Assembly (NCBI GenBank): GCA_004431415.1
Contig: QPMI01000520.1
Coordinates: 186,001-250,000, forward strand
From: Cyanophora paradoxa CCMP329
Lineage: Eukaryota; Plantae; Glaucophyta
Reading direction: 5' to 3'
Length of the DNA: 64,000 bases
Position 1 is the stretch's first letter, and every line of letters starts with the position of its first letter. The notes under the pieces are model-generated. The model saw nothing but the letters and a program-made list of their open reading frames with translations, had not been told where the DNA came from and searched no databases. Positions 36,588 through 49,750 of the stretch are shown in pieces. Made by a program: the position numbers and the translations under genes.

Positions 36588-39462
36588 CTACTCCTTCTTC
36601 TTGGCGGGCTTGCCCTTGGCGGCGGCCTTCTCGGCGTCGATGCGGGCGCGCTTCGTCTCGAGCGCCTCGGCGGCGTCCTGCTTCCGCTTGATCCCGTGCT
36701 GCATGCGCCCGTAGAGGCGCTTCTGCTTCTTGGTCATCATGATCTTGGCGAGCTCCTTCTCCTCCGCCGCCTCCCGCTCCTTGCGGCTCGGCCTCGCCTC
36801 CTTGGCGGCGCCCTTGGCCGCCTTCGCGGCGCCCTCGCCCGCCGAGGAGGCCTCCGACCCCCGCTGCTGCCCCTTCTTCTCCTTCTTCTTCTTGCCCGCC
36901 TTCGCAGGCGCCTCCTCCTCCTCGTCCTCCGCCTCCTCCGCCTCCCCCTCCGAGCCCTCCAGGTCCTGCAGGCGTACGCGCGGCGCTCAGCGCGGCGGTG
37001 ACGGGGCCCCCGGGTGCGGCGGGGCCGCGCACGTCGAGCTCGTTCATCGCCCCCTCGTCCTCCTCCTCGTCCTCGTCCTCGTCCTCGTCCTCCTCGGGGC
37101 CGGCCTCGGGCTCGGGCCCGGCCATGCCGCCGCCGGCCTCGGCGGCGGCGAGGAGGTCGCCGTCGGTGCCCTCCGCGTCCCGCCGCAGCCGCTCCAGGTA
37201 GTGCCGCCGCGCCGGCACGTACCCCTCCGCCTCGTCGTCCACGAAGGGCGAGAGGTGCGGCGGCAGCTCCGCCCCGGGCGCGTACTCCGGCACCGGCAGC
37301 AGCATCCCTGCCCCCGGCCCCGTCAGGCGAGCCGAGCGGGAGGGGCGGGAGGGGCGGGCGGGGGCGGGCGGACCGGCGTTGACGCAGTCGTAGACCCACT
37401 GGGGCTGGACGTACTCGCGCCCCGGGCGGAGGCGGGGCACGACGGGCCGGTCCACCACCTGGTGCGTGATCCGCTCGTCCTCCTCCGCGAACGGCACGCC
37501 TGCCGCCAGCGCTCAGCGGGGCGGGGGGCGCGGGGGCGGGCCCCCGGGGGCGCACCCTCGCCGGCCTCTGTCGCGTAGCCGACGGTGCCGCCGAGGCTCG
37601 AGCAGACGAAGACCAGCGAGTCCCGCGGCACCTGCGGCGAGGAGGCGAGGGGAGTGAGCGGCCGGCGGGGCGGGGCGGGGGAGGCGGGGGGAGGGCGGCG
37701 CTCGCCTCGCGGGAGAGGAAGAAGCGGCACTGCGCGAAGAGCCGCTCCAGCCGCTCCCGCCTGCCCCGCCGACCGATCAGCTCGCGCGGCGGGGCGGGCG
37801 GCGGAGTGGAGGGCGGGGCGGGGCGGGCCCGCACCGCTGGGCCTCGGCGCGCGCCCGCTCGTCCCCGCGGCCGCCTCCCCCGCCTCCTCCTCCTGCGTGC
37901 GCCGCCGCCCCCGCGTCGGCCCGGGTCGCGGCGGGGCGCGGCCGGCGGCTCCGGCGCTCAGGAAAGAGAGGTGCGCACGCCGACGAACTCGTCGGCTGCG
38001 TCCGCGGCGGCGGCGTCGGGGGCGGCGGCGGCCTCCTCGTCGCCCTCGGGGCCGGCGGCGCGCTGCGCCCTCGCCTCGTCCTTGAGGACGGTCTTCAGCT
38101 TCGTCTTCAGCGACGCGAGCCGCTCCGCCGACGCCGCCTGCTGCTCCGAGGGCGCCGGGGCCGGCGCCGGCTCCTCCTCCGCAGCCGCTTGGGCGGCGGG
38201 GGCGTCGAGCGGGGCGGTGATGAGGGAGGTCACGAGGGAGGCGCCGGCCTCCTCGCGCTCGGCGTCGACGGCGGGCGGGTACCGCATCCCCAGCGAGTGG
38301 AAGAGCTTGAAGTTGACGAACCTGCGGGCGCGCGGCGCGCGGCGGCGGGGCGTGAGAGGGCGGGAGGCGGCGAGAGCGGCGAGGGGGCGGGGAGGGGCCC
38401 GGGGCGCGCTTCATGAGGGTCATGTAGAACTCGAGGAAGGTGATCATGATGCGGTAGTCGACGTCCGTCGGGAGCTCCTGCGCGAAGCGGTGCGGGACGA
38501 CCCAGGTGATCGTCTGGCCCATGACCTCCGCCTGGTAGTAGATGCCCTTGATCGAGACGAAGCAGCGCCGCAGCGCCCGCGCCCGAGAGACGTACATCTG
38601 GAACTCCGCCGCCAGCCGCCCGCACCGCGCCACCGCCTCCGACTCGAGCTGCGCCCCCCCGCCGTGAGCGGCGCGGGTGCTTGGCGGCGGGCGGGGGCGG
38701 ACGCGGTCGGGGATCTGGGGCATGGTGGCGAAGAGGTGGACCATGCAGAGCGCGTCGTCCAGGTCCCGCAGCGCGTCCAGGAAGGTCGGGTACCTGCCGC
38801 CCCGCGCCCCCCGCCCGCTCGCCCCCCCGCTCCGCCCCGGCGGTGCGACGCGCGCGCACCGCTCCTTGACGACGTGGTCGAGCGAGTACGTCGGCTTCTG
38901 CGCGTCGTGCCGCTGCGCGAGGTTCTTCTCGTGGCGCCCCACCAGCTTCTTGTACTTCTTCAGGTGCGCCTGCGCGCCGCGGGGCAGAGGTCAGCCCCGC
39001 CGCAGTTGCGCTTGCACTCCCAGCATCGTTGCGAGCTAGCTGGACGGCGGCGATCGGGCCGGGGCGGGCCTTGAGCAGCCGGAAGGTGTTGAGGATCGGC
39101 TCGTGGGCCAGGAACATGATGTCCTTGGTGAAGTAGTACGTCTTGTCCTTGCCCTTGATCTTCTTCTTCGGCTCGCGCGGGTAGATCCCCTTCATGATGC
39201 ACAGCCGCCTGCTCGCGCCGGGCCGGTTGGCGATCGCGCGCCGGCGCCGGCGAGCGGCGCGGCGGGGCGGACCGAAAGTCGGGGAGCGACAGCTGGAGCT
39301 TCTTCAGGGCCTGGTTCCTCGTCATGTAGCGCTCTGCCGTGCCTCGCACATCCTGCCGCTAGCTCAGCGCGCGTACGCGGGGCGATCGGCCGGTGCGAGG
39401 CTGCGAACCTTCTTGAGCTCGCGCCCCATACGGCGCTTCTTGTGCTTCTTGTCCTGCGCCAT
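36588..39462 (-). CDS. PES1: Pescadillo / Nop7 (60S biogenesis, BRCT domain)
   Basis: [93 protein letters not shown]; about 12 introns. Confidence 0.97.
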
Positions 39463-39955
39463 CTTTGCGGCCACAGTCCCGAGACTGTACCCCAGAGGGG
39501 GGGAGAAGATGCAAAAGCCTGCCGCGCTGCGACGCCGGCGACGCCCCCGGGTTCCCTGAACGCTCTTTGAGTCTCAGCTCGAATGCTTACTCGCCGGCGC
39601 CGGCCACCTGTCCAGCTCGAGCGCTAGCTCGACGGCGCCTGCAGCTGCCACCTCCCTTTAATTGCAAGGCTTCCACCAAGACGGCCGGCCGCGCTACGAC
39701 ACCCCCAGCGTAGCAGCAGCTGCGAAGTACGCGAGGGCCGGGAGGCGAAGGACGCTACGGGTCCGGTCCGGAGGGCGCGGCGCGCGGCGGCGCCACGGCC
39801 ATGTCCAGCGGCGACCGGGTACGGGCCTCGCGACCCCCCGGCCCTCGCCCTCGCGGTCGAGGGCCAGCCCCGTAGCACTGCAGACTCCCGAAAACGTTCT
39901 TCGAATTGATCGGGCGGGGCGCTACGAGGCTGGGGCTAGCGCGCTGCTTCGGGGG

Positions 39956-41706
39956 CTACTTCTTGGGGGCCTTGGCGGGCTTGGCGGGGGCGCAGGCCTC
40001 GACGGGCGGCTGCCGCCAGACGAACTCGGGGGCGTAGGGCCCGCCGCCGAGCTCGCAGGTGCGCCGGCACGTGTACACCGCGAGCGTCCCGAAGTCCAGC
40101 GTCGCGGCCGCCCCCGCCTCCGCCTCCGCCGACTCGTCGAGGCGCAGGTAGTAGAGCAGCTGGGGCATCACCTGCGCGGGGGCGGGGCTCAGAGGGGGCG
40201 AGGCGGGGCGAGGCGGGGGGGCCGCCGGCGCGCCTGGAACTCGAAGGAGCGGGGCCCGCCGCAGCGGGGGCAGGGCGGGACGTCGGCGGAGGCGCAGCGG
40301 CGGTGGGGGTGGACCCAGAGGGGCGCCGCCCCCTCGCCGGCGGCGTAGCGGAGGACCTGGCGCGGGTGCCGCGCCACCGCCCGCTGGAACGCCGCGAAGG
40401 CGGGGTCCTCCTCCCCCACCGCCCCCGCCCCGCCCTTCTCCTCGTCGCCCTCCTCCTCCTCCTCCTCCGCCGATTCCTCCTCGTCCTCCTCCTCCGCCTG
40501 CTCCTTGGGCTTGGCGCCCTTCTTGGCGGCCTTGGCGGCCTTCTTGGCGCGGGCCGCCTCGCGCTCCTCGCGGCGCCGCTCGTTGTACTCCCGCAGCAGC
40601 CGCGCCTCGTGCGAGGCCTCCGCCGGCGCCCCGCCCGCCCCCGCCTCCCCCGCCTCCTCCTCCTCCTCCTCCTCCTCGCTCTCCTCGTCCATCTCGAGCT
40701 CGAGCTCGCGCAGGAGGGAGCCGGCGCGCCCCGCCCGCCGCTTCACCTTCTGCCGCGCCGCCCCCGGCCCCGCCCCCGCCGCCCCGCACACCTCCAGCGC
40801 CGCCATCGCCTCCGCCGCCCCCTCCGCCGTCGCCGCAGCCGAGGCTGCCGGCGCGCCGCCGCCGGCGAGGCTGCGGATGAGGCGGCACTCGGCCTGGTGG
40901 AGGACCCGCCAGTCCTCCGCCTGGTGCTCCCGGCAGCAGTAGTGCGCCGCCCTGCAGCTCCCGCACCGCTGACCCGCCGGCACCCCGCAAAGCCAGCACA
41001 GCGGGCCTGCGCGCCGCGCACGTTGAGCGAAGGCAGCGGGGGCCGGCGGGATGGGCGGGGCCCGCACCGCTTGGCAGCAGGACCTCGTCGTCCCCGTCCC
41101 CGCGCTCGTTTTCGTCCGGCGCGTCGTACCCGTAGTGCTCGTTCCTCCGCGGCAGCTGGCTCCGCAGCGCCACGATGCTGCCCGCCGCAGCGCGTCGGCC
41201 GCCGCTGATCGCGAGCGCCGGCGCAGAGCGCACCTGCCCGGCATGTCGAGACACGCTCCCGACATGCAGCAGAAGATGAACAGTGTCCGGTGAAACGCCT
41301 CAGGCGTCTCCTCGTCGAGCGGCGCGTAGACCTGCGACGGCAGAGGTGGGGGGCGTGCGGGCGGTGGCGCGGCGCGAGAGCTACCTGCATCAGAAATGTG
41401 AGCGGCTTCTGGCAGCTCCCGCATCGCAACGCGTCGCGCCCCGGGACGCCAATGGGGCTCAGCCAGGCCTGCGGCCGCGCGTGAGTGCTACCGTCGACAG
41501 AGGCGGTGCAGCTAGCTTCGAATGACGTGCACCGGCTTGCCCCCCACTTTGCTCGGGAAGAACTTGCGCTTGAGCAGGTGCAGCGATCGCGGCTCGATGG
41601 CGTACGCTATCTGGGCGGGACCCTGCCGCGGCGCCTCCTCCTCCTCACCCTCGTCATCGCTCGCACGCTCCGGATCCGACGCTGGCGGCGCGGGCTTCGG
41701 GGCCAT
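39956..41706 (-). CDS. PDCD2: Programmed cell death protein 2 (MYND zinc finger + PDCD2_C; uS5 chaperone family)
   Basis: FPSKVGGKPAWL, CGSCQKPLTFLMQVYAPL, FHRTLFIFCC, CWLC..CGSC..YCCREHQ..DW..H..C, QVLRY, CPRCGGPRSFEFQVMPQLL, LDFGTLAVYTC. Confidence 0.95.
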
Positions 41707-41964
41707 CTTCGAGTTCTGTACCCAGGCAGGTCGAGCTCTCTCTTGAACCCGAGCTTCCGCGGGCCTCCAGGGGTTTCAGATCACATCTCCCGCCCTGTGC
41801 TGCTCCGTCAGCGTCTCTCTGCAGGCCCATCGCAGCGTACGTCAACTGACGTCGTGCCGGCGCCGCCTCCGTAGCGTAGCGCCGTGAGAAGATCCAGCTT
41901 CGCGTCGAGCGATCGCTCAGCGCAGCCGCATCGCGTAGCAGGCACCCGCGCCGGCACGAGAGCC

Positions 41965-43276
41965 ATGCAGCGGTCCAGCTTCGCAGGCCCCGTCGCGTCG
42001 GCCTCGTCGACGTCGTCGCGAGCGCCGGTTGCTGGTCCAAGCCAGACCGCGCAGCAAGCGCCGCCGAAGAGCGCCCCGTCGGATGCGTCGAAGACGACGC
42101 CCTCCGCGCCGGCCAAGAACGAGCCGACGGTCTGGTACCTGGCGTACGGGAGCAACATGAATAGCAAGGTCTTCGAGGTCCGCGGAGCGGCATCTCGCTG
42201 CTGCGACCGCGCCCCTCGCGCAGAGTGCTTATCTTCGCCCCGCCCTCAGGTCCGGCGAGGCATCAAGCCGATCGAGCGAGCGCCGTGCAAGGTCCCAGGA
42301 TACGAGTGCGCTCGTCCTGATTTGAAAACCCTCGCCGTTAACTTGCGCCCGCGCCCGCAGGCTGAATTTTCACATTGCGGGCATCCCGTGCGGCCCCGGC
42401 CGGCCCTGCGGACGACCGCGAGGCGCCGCCGCGGCCGCCGCTGAGCGTCGCGCAGGTACCTGGAGCCTTCGTTCGCGTCGGTGGAGGAAATCCCCGGGGG
42501 CCCCCGCACCGAGCTCCACGGCGTCGTGCGCCGGCGCGCGCCGCCCCCCGCCGGGCCGGCGGCCGAGCCTCGGAGCGCCCCCGGCAGGTGTACAAGATCA
42601 CTCAGAAGGACTACGAGACGGTGCGGCGCACGGAGGGCGGCGGCGGGCACGACGGCGTCGGCTACGGCGCCCGCGTCGTCAAGGTGCGCGGCCGGGCGCC
42701 CCGCTGGCGGCGCGGGGGCGCTCCCCTCACGGCGGGGGCGCGGGGCAGTGCACGACGTACGACGGGCGGGTGGTGGACGCGGTGACGCTGGTGGCGACGC
42801 CGGGCTCGACGCGGCTCGGGGCGGACCCCTCGCGCCGCTACCGCGAGCTCCTCGTCGAGGGCGCCACGCAGCACGGCCTCCGCCCCGAGTACGTCGGTGC
42901 GCCAGTCCCCGCTGCCTCGCCTCGCGAGCAGTCACCTGAGCGCCCGCCCCAGCCTACCTCTCCTCCCTGCCCGCCTACGAGGCCCGCGGCGCCTCCGCCA
43001 TCGCCGGCCGCGTCGCCCTCGTCGTCGCCGCCACCGTACCCCTCCTCCCCTTCATCCTCGCCATCATCGCATGCCGCCTCCTCGGCTGGAAGAGGTGGGC
43101 GCGCGCACGCGGGCCCCGGCCGGCCCGCCCTCTGACGCGAGGGCGGGCCCTGCGGCAGCCCGCGGTGGGTCCACACGGGCGTGGCGGCGGTGAGCCGGGG
43201 CATCTGGATCCTCCACGACCACGCCCTGGCCCCCCTCTTCGGCCGCGGAGACCGCGCCCCGCCCAAGTCCCAGTAG
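41965..43276 (+). CDS. Gamma-glutamylcyclotransferase-fold protein (GliK-like) with C-terminal membrane segment
   Basis: VWYLAYGSNM..RGIKP..LNFHIAGIPYLEPSFAS..LHGVVYKI..TEGGG..PSRRYRELLVEGATQHGLRPEY; then VALVVAATVPLLPFILAIIA. Confidence 0.85.
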
Positions 43277-43389
43277 CCCTGGCGCACGACAGGCGCGCCG
43301 CATTGAAATGCGAAAGAAGGCATGTAAATCTGACAGCGGCACAAAGCTGGAAACCAAACGGGCGGGCGGGCGGGCGGGCCGGGGCCGCC

Positions 43390-45008
43390 TCAGCGGGACC
43401 CGAAGCGAGAAGACTGTGAGCCGAAGGCGGGGCCGACGTGCGGTGGGCAGGCCCGCGCCGGTGAGGCCGGTCGGGCCGCCGCCGGGCCGGGGGCCGGGGC
43501 GCCGCGGGCGGAGCGGGCCGGGGCGGAGGGCTCGACGCGGACGCGGGGCGGGGCGGGGCGGGTCGGGAGGGAGAAGCCGCGAGACCAGCTGGGGACGGCG
43601 CAGGCCGGCGGGGGCATTGCGGCGACCGTGTTCGTGGGCGCCTGCTCGGCCGCCGCCCTACGAAGAAGCGTTCAGGGCTGGGGGGACGGAGCAGGCCGGA
43701 GGCGAGGCGGGGCCGCGGCGCACTGGAGGGGGTCGGGGGCGGCGACGAGGTTCTGCATCGCCTGCGCGATGCCCGAGGTGTACGGCATGGCCCCCTCCGG
43801 CTCGGAGCCCTGCGCCGGCGAAGTGAGGCGCGAGAGGGGCGCGGCGGGCCGGGCGGCTCACCGGGGGCGGCACGGGGACGTCCCCCCTGACGACCTCGAG
43901 GGCCTGGTGCGGGGCGGGGACGCCTCAGGGGACGAGGCGGGCGGGCGGGGAGGAATGGAGGAGGGGCGGCGGGTGCGCCTCGAGGTTGAGGGCGACGATG
44001 CCGCGCATGAATGCCTGCTTGACCTGCGCGGCCACGTGCTGGCGGGCCGCCACCTCCTCCCCCAGCTGCCGCCGCGTCTCCTCCAGCGCCTCCCGCGCCT
44101 CCCCCAGCGCCCCCTCGTACTTCCCGATCAGCTCGCTCGCCGTCGCCTCCACGCGGCCCTCCCAGTACGACTCCAGCGCCCGCCGCCGCCCCGCCCGCGT
44201 CTCCCGCACCCACCCCCGGAACGCCTGCCGCACGAATTGCTGCCCGCGCGAGTCAGCGGCGGCCGGGGCGCGGCGCTGGCGCGGCGCGGCGCTGGGGCGG
44301 ACCAGGTCGGCCTTGCGCTGCATGAAGCGCATGCGCTTCGAGTCCTTGCGGAACTGGCGCCACGCGGTAAAGATGCGGCCGAGCTGCGCGACGGCGAGGC
44401 GCCGCTGCTGTGTCTTGCACAGCAGGTCGCTCATGCGCTCGATCGTCTCGCGCGCCGTGTCCAGCGCGAAGTCCCGGATGCGGCACGTCGTCTGCAGGTC
44501 GCTGAGCTGCGCCTCGCGCCTCTCGTTCTGCGCGTCCAGCCTGCGGCGCTCGTCCAAGATGCGGGCCTCTGCCTCCGCCCTGAAGTTGCCACGAGACTTA
44601 ACGAAGACGGACTGCGGGGCGCCATCAGGCGATAGACGCGCGCGGTGCCCGCGGTGCCGAGCTGACCGTAAGATCGGCCCTGAACCGATTCAGAAGCGAC
44701 TCAAGCTCAACGATGTCGCTGTCGGGGCCCGCCGGCGGATTCTCAACGCGCGCTTCCCGGGCCTCCGAGCGTGCTGCGGGCTGAATCTCTTCAAACTCCT
44801 CGATCTCATCCTGGCTGTCATCCACGCGCATTGTCCCGTGGAGCTGATCGTCCAGCACAATGCCGAAGATGGGCGGGCCGGTGCGCGGGATGTGGGGCGG
44901 AGGCACACGTCCTGAGATCTCTGCCTCGATGACCACGTCCTCGCTAGCTTCGCTCGACGAGGAAAAGGCTTGGGCCCGCCCGATGCGGCCATCCGCGTCC
45001 ATCATCAT
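43390..45008 (-). CDS. POC5: Centriolar protein POC5; 3' end approximate
   Basis: Sfi1-like centrin-binding repeats (GRIFTAWR, RQAFRGW), coiled coil and the signature VKQAFMRGIVALNLEA. Confidence 0.85.
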
Positions 45009-45321
45009 ACTCAGCGGATTTCAGCTCTAAAAGAATGCCGCTGCGAAGCGGAGCTTACTCAGGCTCGGGCAAGCTGGCGGGGCCTCGGGTTGCGAGGGCG
45101 CTTTGAACTTGGCTTTCAAATTAACGGGGTACACAATTCTCTCGCTGTCTTCATGCGTTTGGTTCAGCCGCCTCGCGCGTATCATTGCGCCTCGAGCTCT
45201 GAAAAAGCTGCCCGCGACCGCGTTTCTTGTTTTCCCTCTTGATCCGGCCCTAGCTTCTCGTGATGCGTCGCTCTACGCGGTCTGGTGCGCCGAGCCGGCC
45301 CGGCCAGTGCTGCGTCGCCTT

Positions 45322-46250
45322 ATGACCGCTTACACGCCGCCAGCGCTTTCCAGGACGCTCCATCCAGTGCATCCAGTGCGCGCCCCCGCTGTCCCCACCG
45401 CCGGCCCCGTCAGCGGCTCGTCGTTAAAATTGTGGTTGGTGCAGCTGCTCTTGCCGTCGCCGGGTTGCCCTCACGCCGGCGACCTTCAGCGGCCCCGGCC
45501 GACCCAACGCCGCCCGGCAGCTCTCCTCCACATTCTCCTGCGTCCGTCAGCCCTAAAGGGATGCCCGCCGCGGCACCACGGCGATCCCCGCGCGGACGCC
45601 GCGTTGCTGTATCTGAACGCCGCGGCGCCTGGAGGGGCAGTGGCGCGGCGGGGCCAGCCGGCCGGTAGGGCGCCCCAGGGTGGCGGCATCGGGACCTCGG
45701 TGAAGTTTATTCTCCGCATGGAGCGCCTCGCCTTCCGCGCCCAGTCGGTCCGCCCCGCCCCGCCCCCGGAGCCGCCTGCGCCGCCCGGCCCCGGCGAGCC
45801 CCGGGCTGAGGCGGCGCAGGCGCGGGCGGTGAGCAAGGCGGTGCGCGAGCTGAGCAAGCACACACACACGTACGCCACGGCACCGCAGGGCCGGGCCCTC
45901 CTCTCCGTGCGCCGCTCCCCTCCCCGAGCGACGCGGCGCGGCGCGGGGCGAGCCTGGCGGCCGCAGGAGGTGGAGGCGCCGTCCCCCGCGCCAGCCTTCG
46001 AGCCGTACCGCTACACGCCGGCCGCCGCCGACTTCGACGCCGCCTCCGTGCGCCGTCCTCCGAGCCCGAGAGAGGCCCCCCCCCCCCCTCACCCCCGCGG
46101 CAGGGGGACGGGGCAGCGGCGGGGTACGAGCCGATGGACCTGGGAGAGGGGGCCGCCCCGGGGGAGGCCGACGCGGACGGCGCCGCCGTCGCCGCGCTCG
46201 CGGCCGAGGCCGAGCGACCCTGGTACTACGACTGGAGCTACGCCATCTAG
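45322..46250 (+). CDS. Hypothetical multi-exon protein; start uncertain
   Basis: Exon-like pieces GGGIGTSVKFILRMERLAFRAQS / ARAVSKAVRELSKHTHTYATAP / EVEAP..YRYTP / YEPMDL..PWYYDWSYAI* are bounded by GT(C/G)CG..CAG introns. Confidence 0.5.
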
Positions 46251-46340
46251 GCGGCCGCAGACCTGTCTTCTAGCGCTTTCGATTTTACGTGCACGAGCGT
46301 GCATTATCATTCAATGATTCAATTGGTGGTATATATATTG

Positions 46341-46410
46341 TTTTCCAAGTGGATGTACAGATAGCAAAGTATAGGTTTTCGAAGTGGATGTAAAGATAGC
46401 GAAGTACAGG
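46341..46410. repeat. Tandem duplication, 2 x 35 bp with 4 mismatches
   Basis: ttttccaagtggatgtacagatagcaaagtatagg / ttttcgaagtggatgtaaagatagcgaagtacagg. Confidence 0.9.
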
Positions 46411-46968
46411 AGGCCGGGCCGGGGCCGACGCCCGGTCGGTGCCTCAGGGCCTCGCTGTACATGTAAGTAGAATCACAAACTTTCAAGTTTGAAAGCCAAG
46501 AAGCTTGTGCTCTGCGCCTCAGCTCTCTGATTCTGCTCTTACGCCAATGTCACAGTGTGGCACGCGTACGGTATGTATACAGGTGTATGGCCGAGTGTTT
46601 CGAATTCAGGGCCCTCGAAATCAGCGATCTAGCGGCACACCGACAATCATTTTGAATCATCTTTGAATGCGAGCCTCATCCCGCGACGGTGACCGACTCA
46701 GGGGGCTATGTGCACGACAGCAGTGAAACCGAATGGTTCATATTCGAATTCTTGAATACGATCACAGATGCTGCACAGAAAGGTGGAAACGTTTAAATCT
46801 AGTAGAAGAAATACAAGATCTAGAAAATATTGATTACATGACAGTCTCTCGACTGCAGCTGTGAAACAGAGAGCAGGGGGTGGGGCCCCCAGCGAGGCTC
46901 GGCCCGCCCGCGGCCCCTAGGACCGAAACAAAGGCGCGCGGCAGCCGCGCCGCCGGGGCGACAAACGC

Positions 46969-49750
46969 TCAGATGTGCCCCTCGGGCGTGGAGAGGTCGC
47001 ACGTGTGGTCGAGGATCTGCGCGCGGGCGGGCGGTTGGCGGGGCCGGCGGGTGGCGGGCGGGCGGGCGGGGCGCACGTCGGACTGGAACTGGGCGGCGAC
47101 GGCGATGGTGGACTCGACGTCGGCGGGGCTGACGGGGCGGCCCTGGGCGCGGGCGAGGCTCTGGGCGAGGCGGATGGTGTTCTTGATCTGGCGCCCGTTG
47201 AGGTCGTGGCGGGCGAGGGCGGCGGGGTCGAGGCCCTCGACGCCGGCCGCCTGCAGGAGGGTGCGCCAGACAGCCCCCCGCGCCTCCGCGTCCAGCGGCG
47301 CGTACTTCAGCGCCACCGAGATGCGCGAGTGGAAGGCCTGGTCGAACGCCGACACCCGGTTCGTCGTCAGGAAGAGCACCCCTGCGCCCCGGCGTCAGCG
47401 GCGGGCGGATGGGGGCCGGCGGGGGCGGGCGGGGCGGGGGCGGGGCGGGCCCTGGTGGTACTCGAGGAGGCGGAGGAAGATGCCGACCATGGCGTTGCGC
47501 TTGACGTCGGTGAGGGTGCGGCGCTCGAGGAAGATGTCGGCCTCGTCGATGAGGATGACCGCGTTCCAGGCCTGCGCCACCTCGAGGATCTCGCGCAGCC
47601 GCTGCTCCAGCTCCGAGGTCGTCGTCCCCAGCTCGCCCACCGAGACGCTGTACAGCGGCCGGTGCAGCAGCTCCGAGATCGCCTCCGCGGTGAGCGTCTT
47701 CCCCGTCCCGGGGGCGCCGTGCAGCAGGAAGATGCAGCCGCCGCCCTTGCCCGAGATGATGTCCGAGAAGGTGTGCTCCGAGTTCTTCACCAGCGCCGCG
47801 ATCATCTCCTTCTTCGTCTCCTCCAGCACCAGCCGCCCGAACGCCTCCTCGTCGAACTGCGCCCCCCACGCCCGTCAGCCGCCGTCGCGGCGTGCGGGGC
47901 CGGCGGCGGGGCGGGGCGGGCCTGGATGTCGGAGATGTCGCGCAGGAGCAGCTCGCCCCACTTTTTGCACGAGAACGAGAAGCCGGCCACCGAGTGGTGC
48001 GTCGTCCACAGCTTCTCCTCCGGCACGTCCTCGATCTTGCCCTCGTCGCCGTCCTCAGAGTCGAAGCCGCTGTAATCCGGATTGAAGAGCTTGAAAGAGC
48101 GGCCGTCGACCATCACGCGCCCGTCCGCCTTGAAGTGCGTCGAGCTCCACCAGCCGCGCCGCTGGATCGTCCCCTTGTACATCATGTAGTGCGCTGCGCC
48201 CGCCGGTCAGAAGCGGCGGACGGGCGCGGCCGGCGCGGCCGGCGCGCGCACCGCCGAGGCCGATGCGGCGGAAGAGGCGGCCGCGCTCCGTCAGGCGCGC
48301 CTCGGTCGCCGCGTCGAGCGGCTGCAGCGGCAGGTCCTTGATGGGGCGCGCCCCGTCGTACTGCCCGATGCTGAAGCTCTCATTGCTGCGGAAGAAGAAG
48401 CGACCGTTCGACTTGATGATCTCGCCCTCCACGATGAACGTTGTGCGGCACCAGCCGCGGTGGTACGAGACGCTGGTGACTTCGAATCCTGTGCCGCCGC
48501 CGACGTCAGCGGCGCGGGCGGGACGGCCGCGGGGGGCGGGGGGCGGGGGGCGGGGCCGGGGGGCGGACCGAGGGTGTCGTCGCCGGAGGAGGAGACGACG
48601 CGGGTGCCCTTGGGGAAGAGGTAGAAGAGGGTGTTGAAGGCGATCGCGCCCTCCGCGATCATCGCCTCCGCCCGCCGAGTCCCCTCCTCGAACTCCTTCG
48701 CGAGGTGCGAGACCAGCTGCTTCCACTTCTTCTCGTTCCCGGTCTGGGCGTCCCGCAGCGTGGGGAAGTGGAAGAGCAGCTCGTCCGCCGTCAGCTTCGG
48801 CTCGTTGTCGTAGAGGCACGAGAGCGAGACGTGCCGGCGCAGCTCGCTGCGCGCGTGCCCCCGTCAGCGACGCGGGGCGGCGGGGCGGGGGCGGCGCACT
48901 TGCGGAGCCAGTGGTCAGTGATAACCATGAACTGGCGCTCGACCTCCTCCCCGTTGCACATCTTCACCTTCTCGCGCACGAGCTTGAAGCACTCCACTTC
49001 CTCGTCCTCCTCCTCCTCGTCTCCCTCGCCTTTCGCCTTCTCCTCCTTGGCCGCTGGGTCCGGTGTCAGGGCCGACGGGCGCGTGCGCGAGCTCGAGAGA
49101 ACGGGGCGCGGCGCACGGGCGGGCCGCTCCTTGCGCAGCACTCGGAGCAGTGCGCACGGGAAGACGTCGCTCACGCGCAGCGACTCCTCCTGCTTCGCCG
49201 ACGCCGGCGCGTCGTGCAGCACGAAACCGCTGCGCGCGCGCGCGCGTCAGCGGCGCCCGCGGGCTGGGCTGGGCGGGCGGGCGGGCGGGCGTACTGCTTG
49301 AGGATTTCGACGTCGGAGTCCTCGTGCAGCTGTGCCCGGAGCTCGGCGAGCGTCGCGGAGAGCGCGATGTGCGTGTACGCGCAGGGCGACGCGTCCCCCT
49401 CCATCTTGATGTTGAGCCGCACCTTCGTCTCCGCTGCGGAGCGAAGCGGGCTTAGCCTCTCGTGCGCGTCAGCGAATCGCGGTGGCGCTCACCGGGCGCG
49501 GGCTTCGCCTCGGAGCTTGAGGCTGCGCTCGCCAACGCCGCCGCCGTGCTCGAGCCGTTCGCGCTGCTCGAGGAGACGGGCACTTGCACGGCTGCGGGCG
49601 ATAAAGCCATCGGCGTGCTGTTTGTTCGTTTGCACTCGCCCATCTGCAGCAGCTCAACCGCCTGTTCGAGCACCTGTGGCGAGCCTGTTTAGCGGCTTAA
49701 CGGCGCGCGGGACGAGACGGGCGGCTCACGTCTAGAGCGACAGGCGCCAT
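46969..49750 (-). CDS. AAA+ ATPase copy A (N-terminal ubiquitin-like region, central domain, single AAA domain)
   Basis: Starts MAPVALD; FSDIISGKGGGCIFLLHGAPGTGKTLTAE (Walker A), ILIDEADIFL (Walker B), LFLTTNR, AFHSRI, LNGRQIKN; 10 introns. Confidence 0.92.

Noticed and set aside
36588-41706. PES1 and PDCD2 as a ribosome-biogenesis gene cluster
   Set aside because: Two adjacent housekeeping genes can easily be chance, and no shared regulatory element is visible.
46341-46410. 35-bp repeats as a CRISPR-like array
   Set aside because: There are only two adjacent copies with no spacer, the context is eukaryotic and there are no cas genes.
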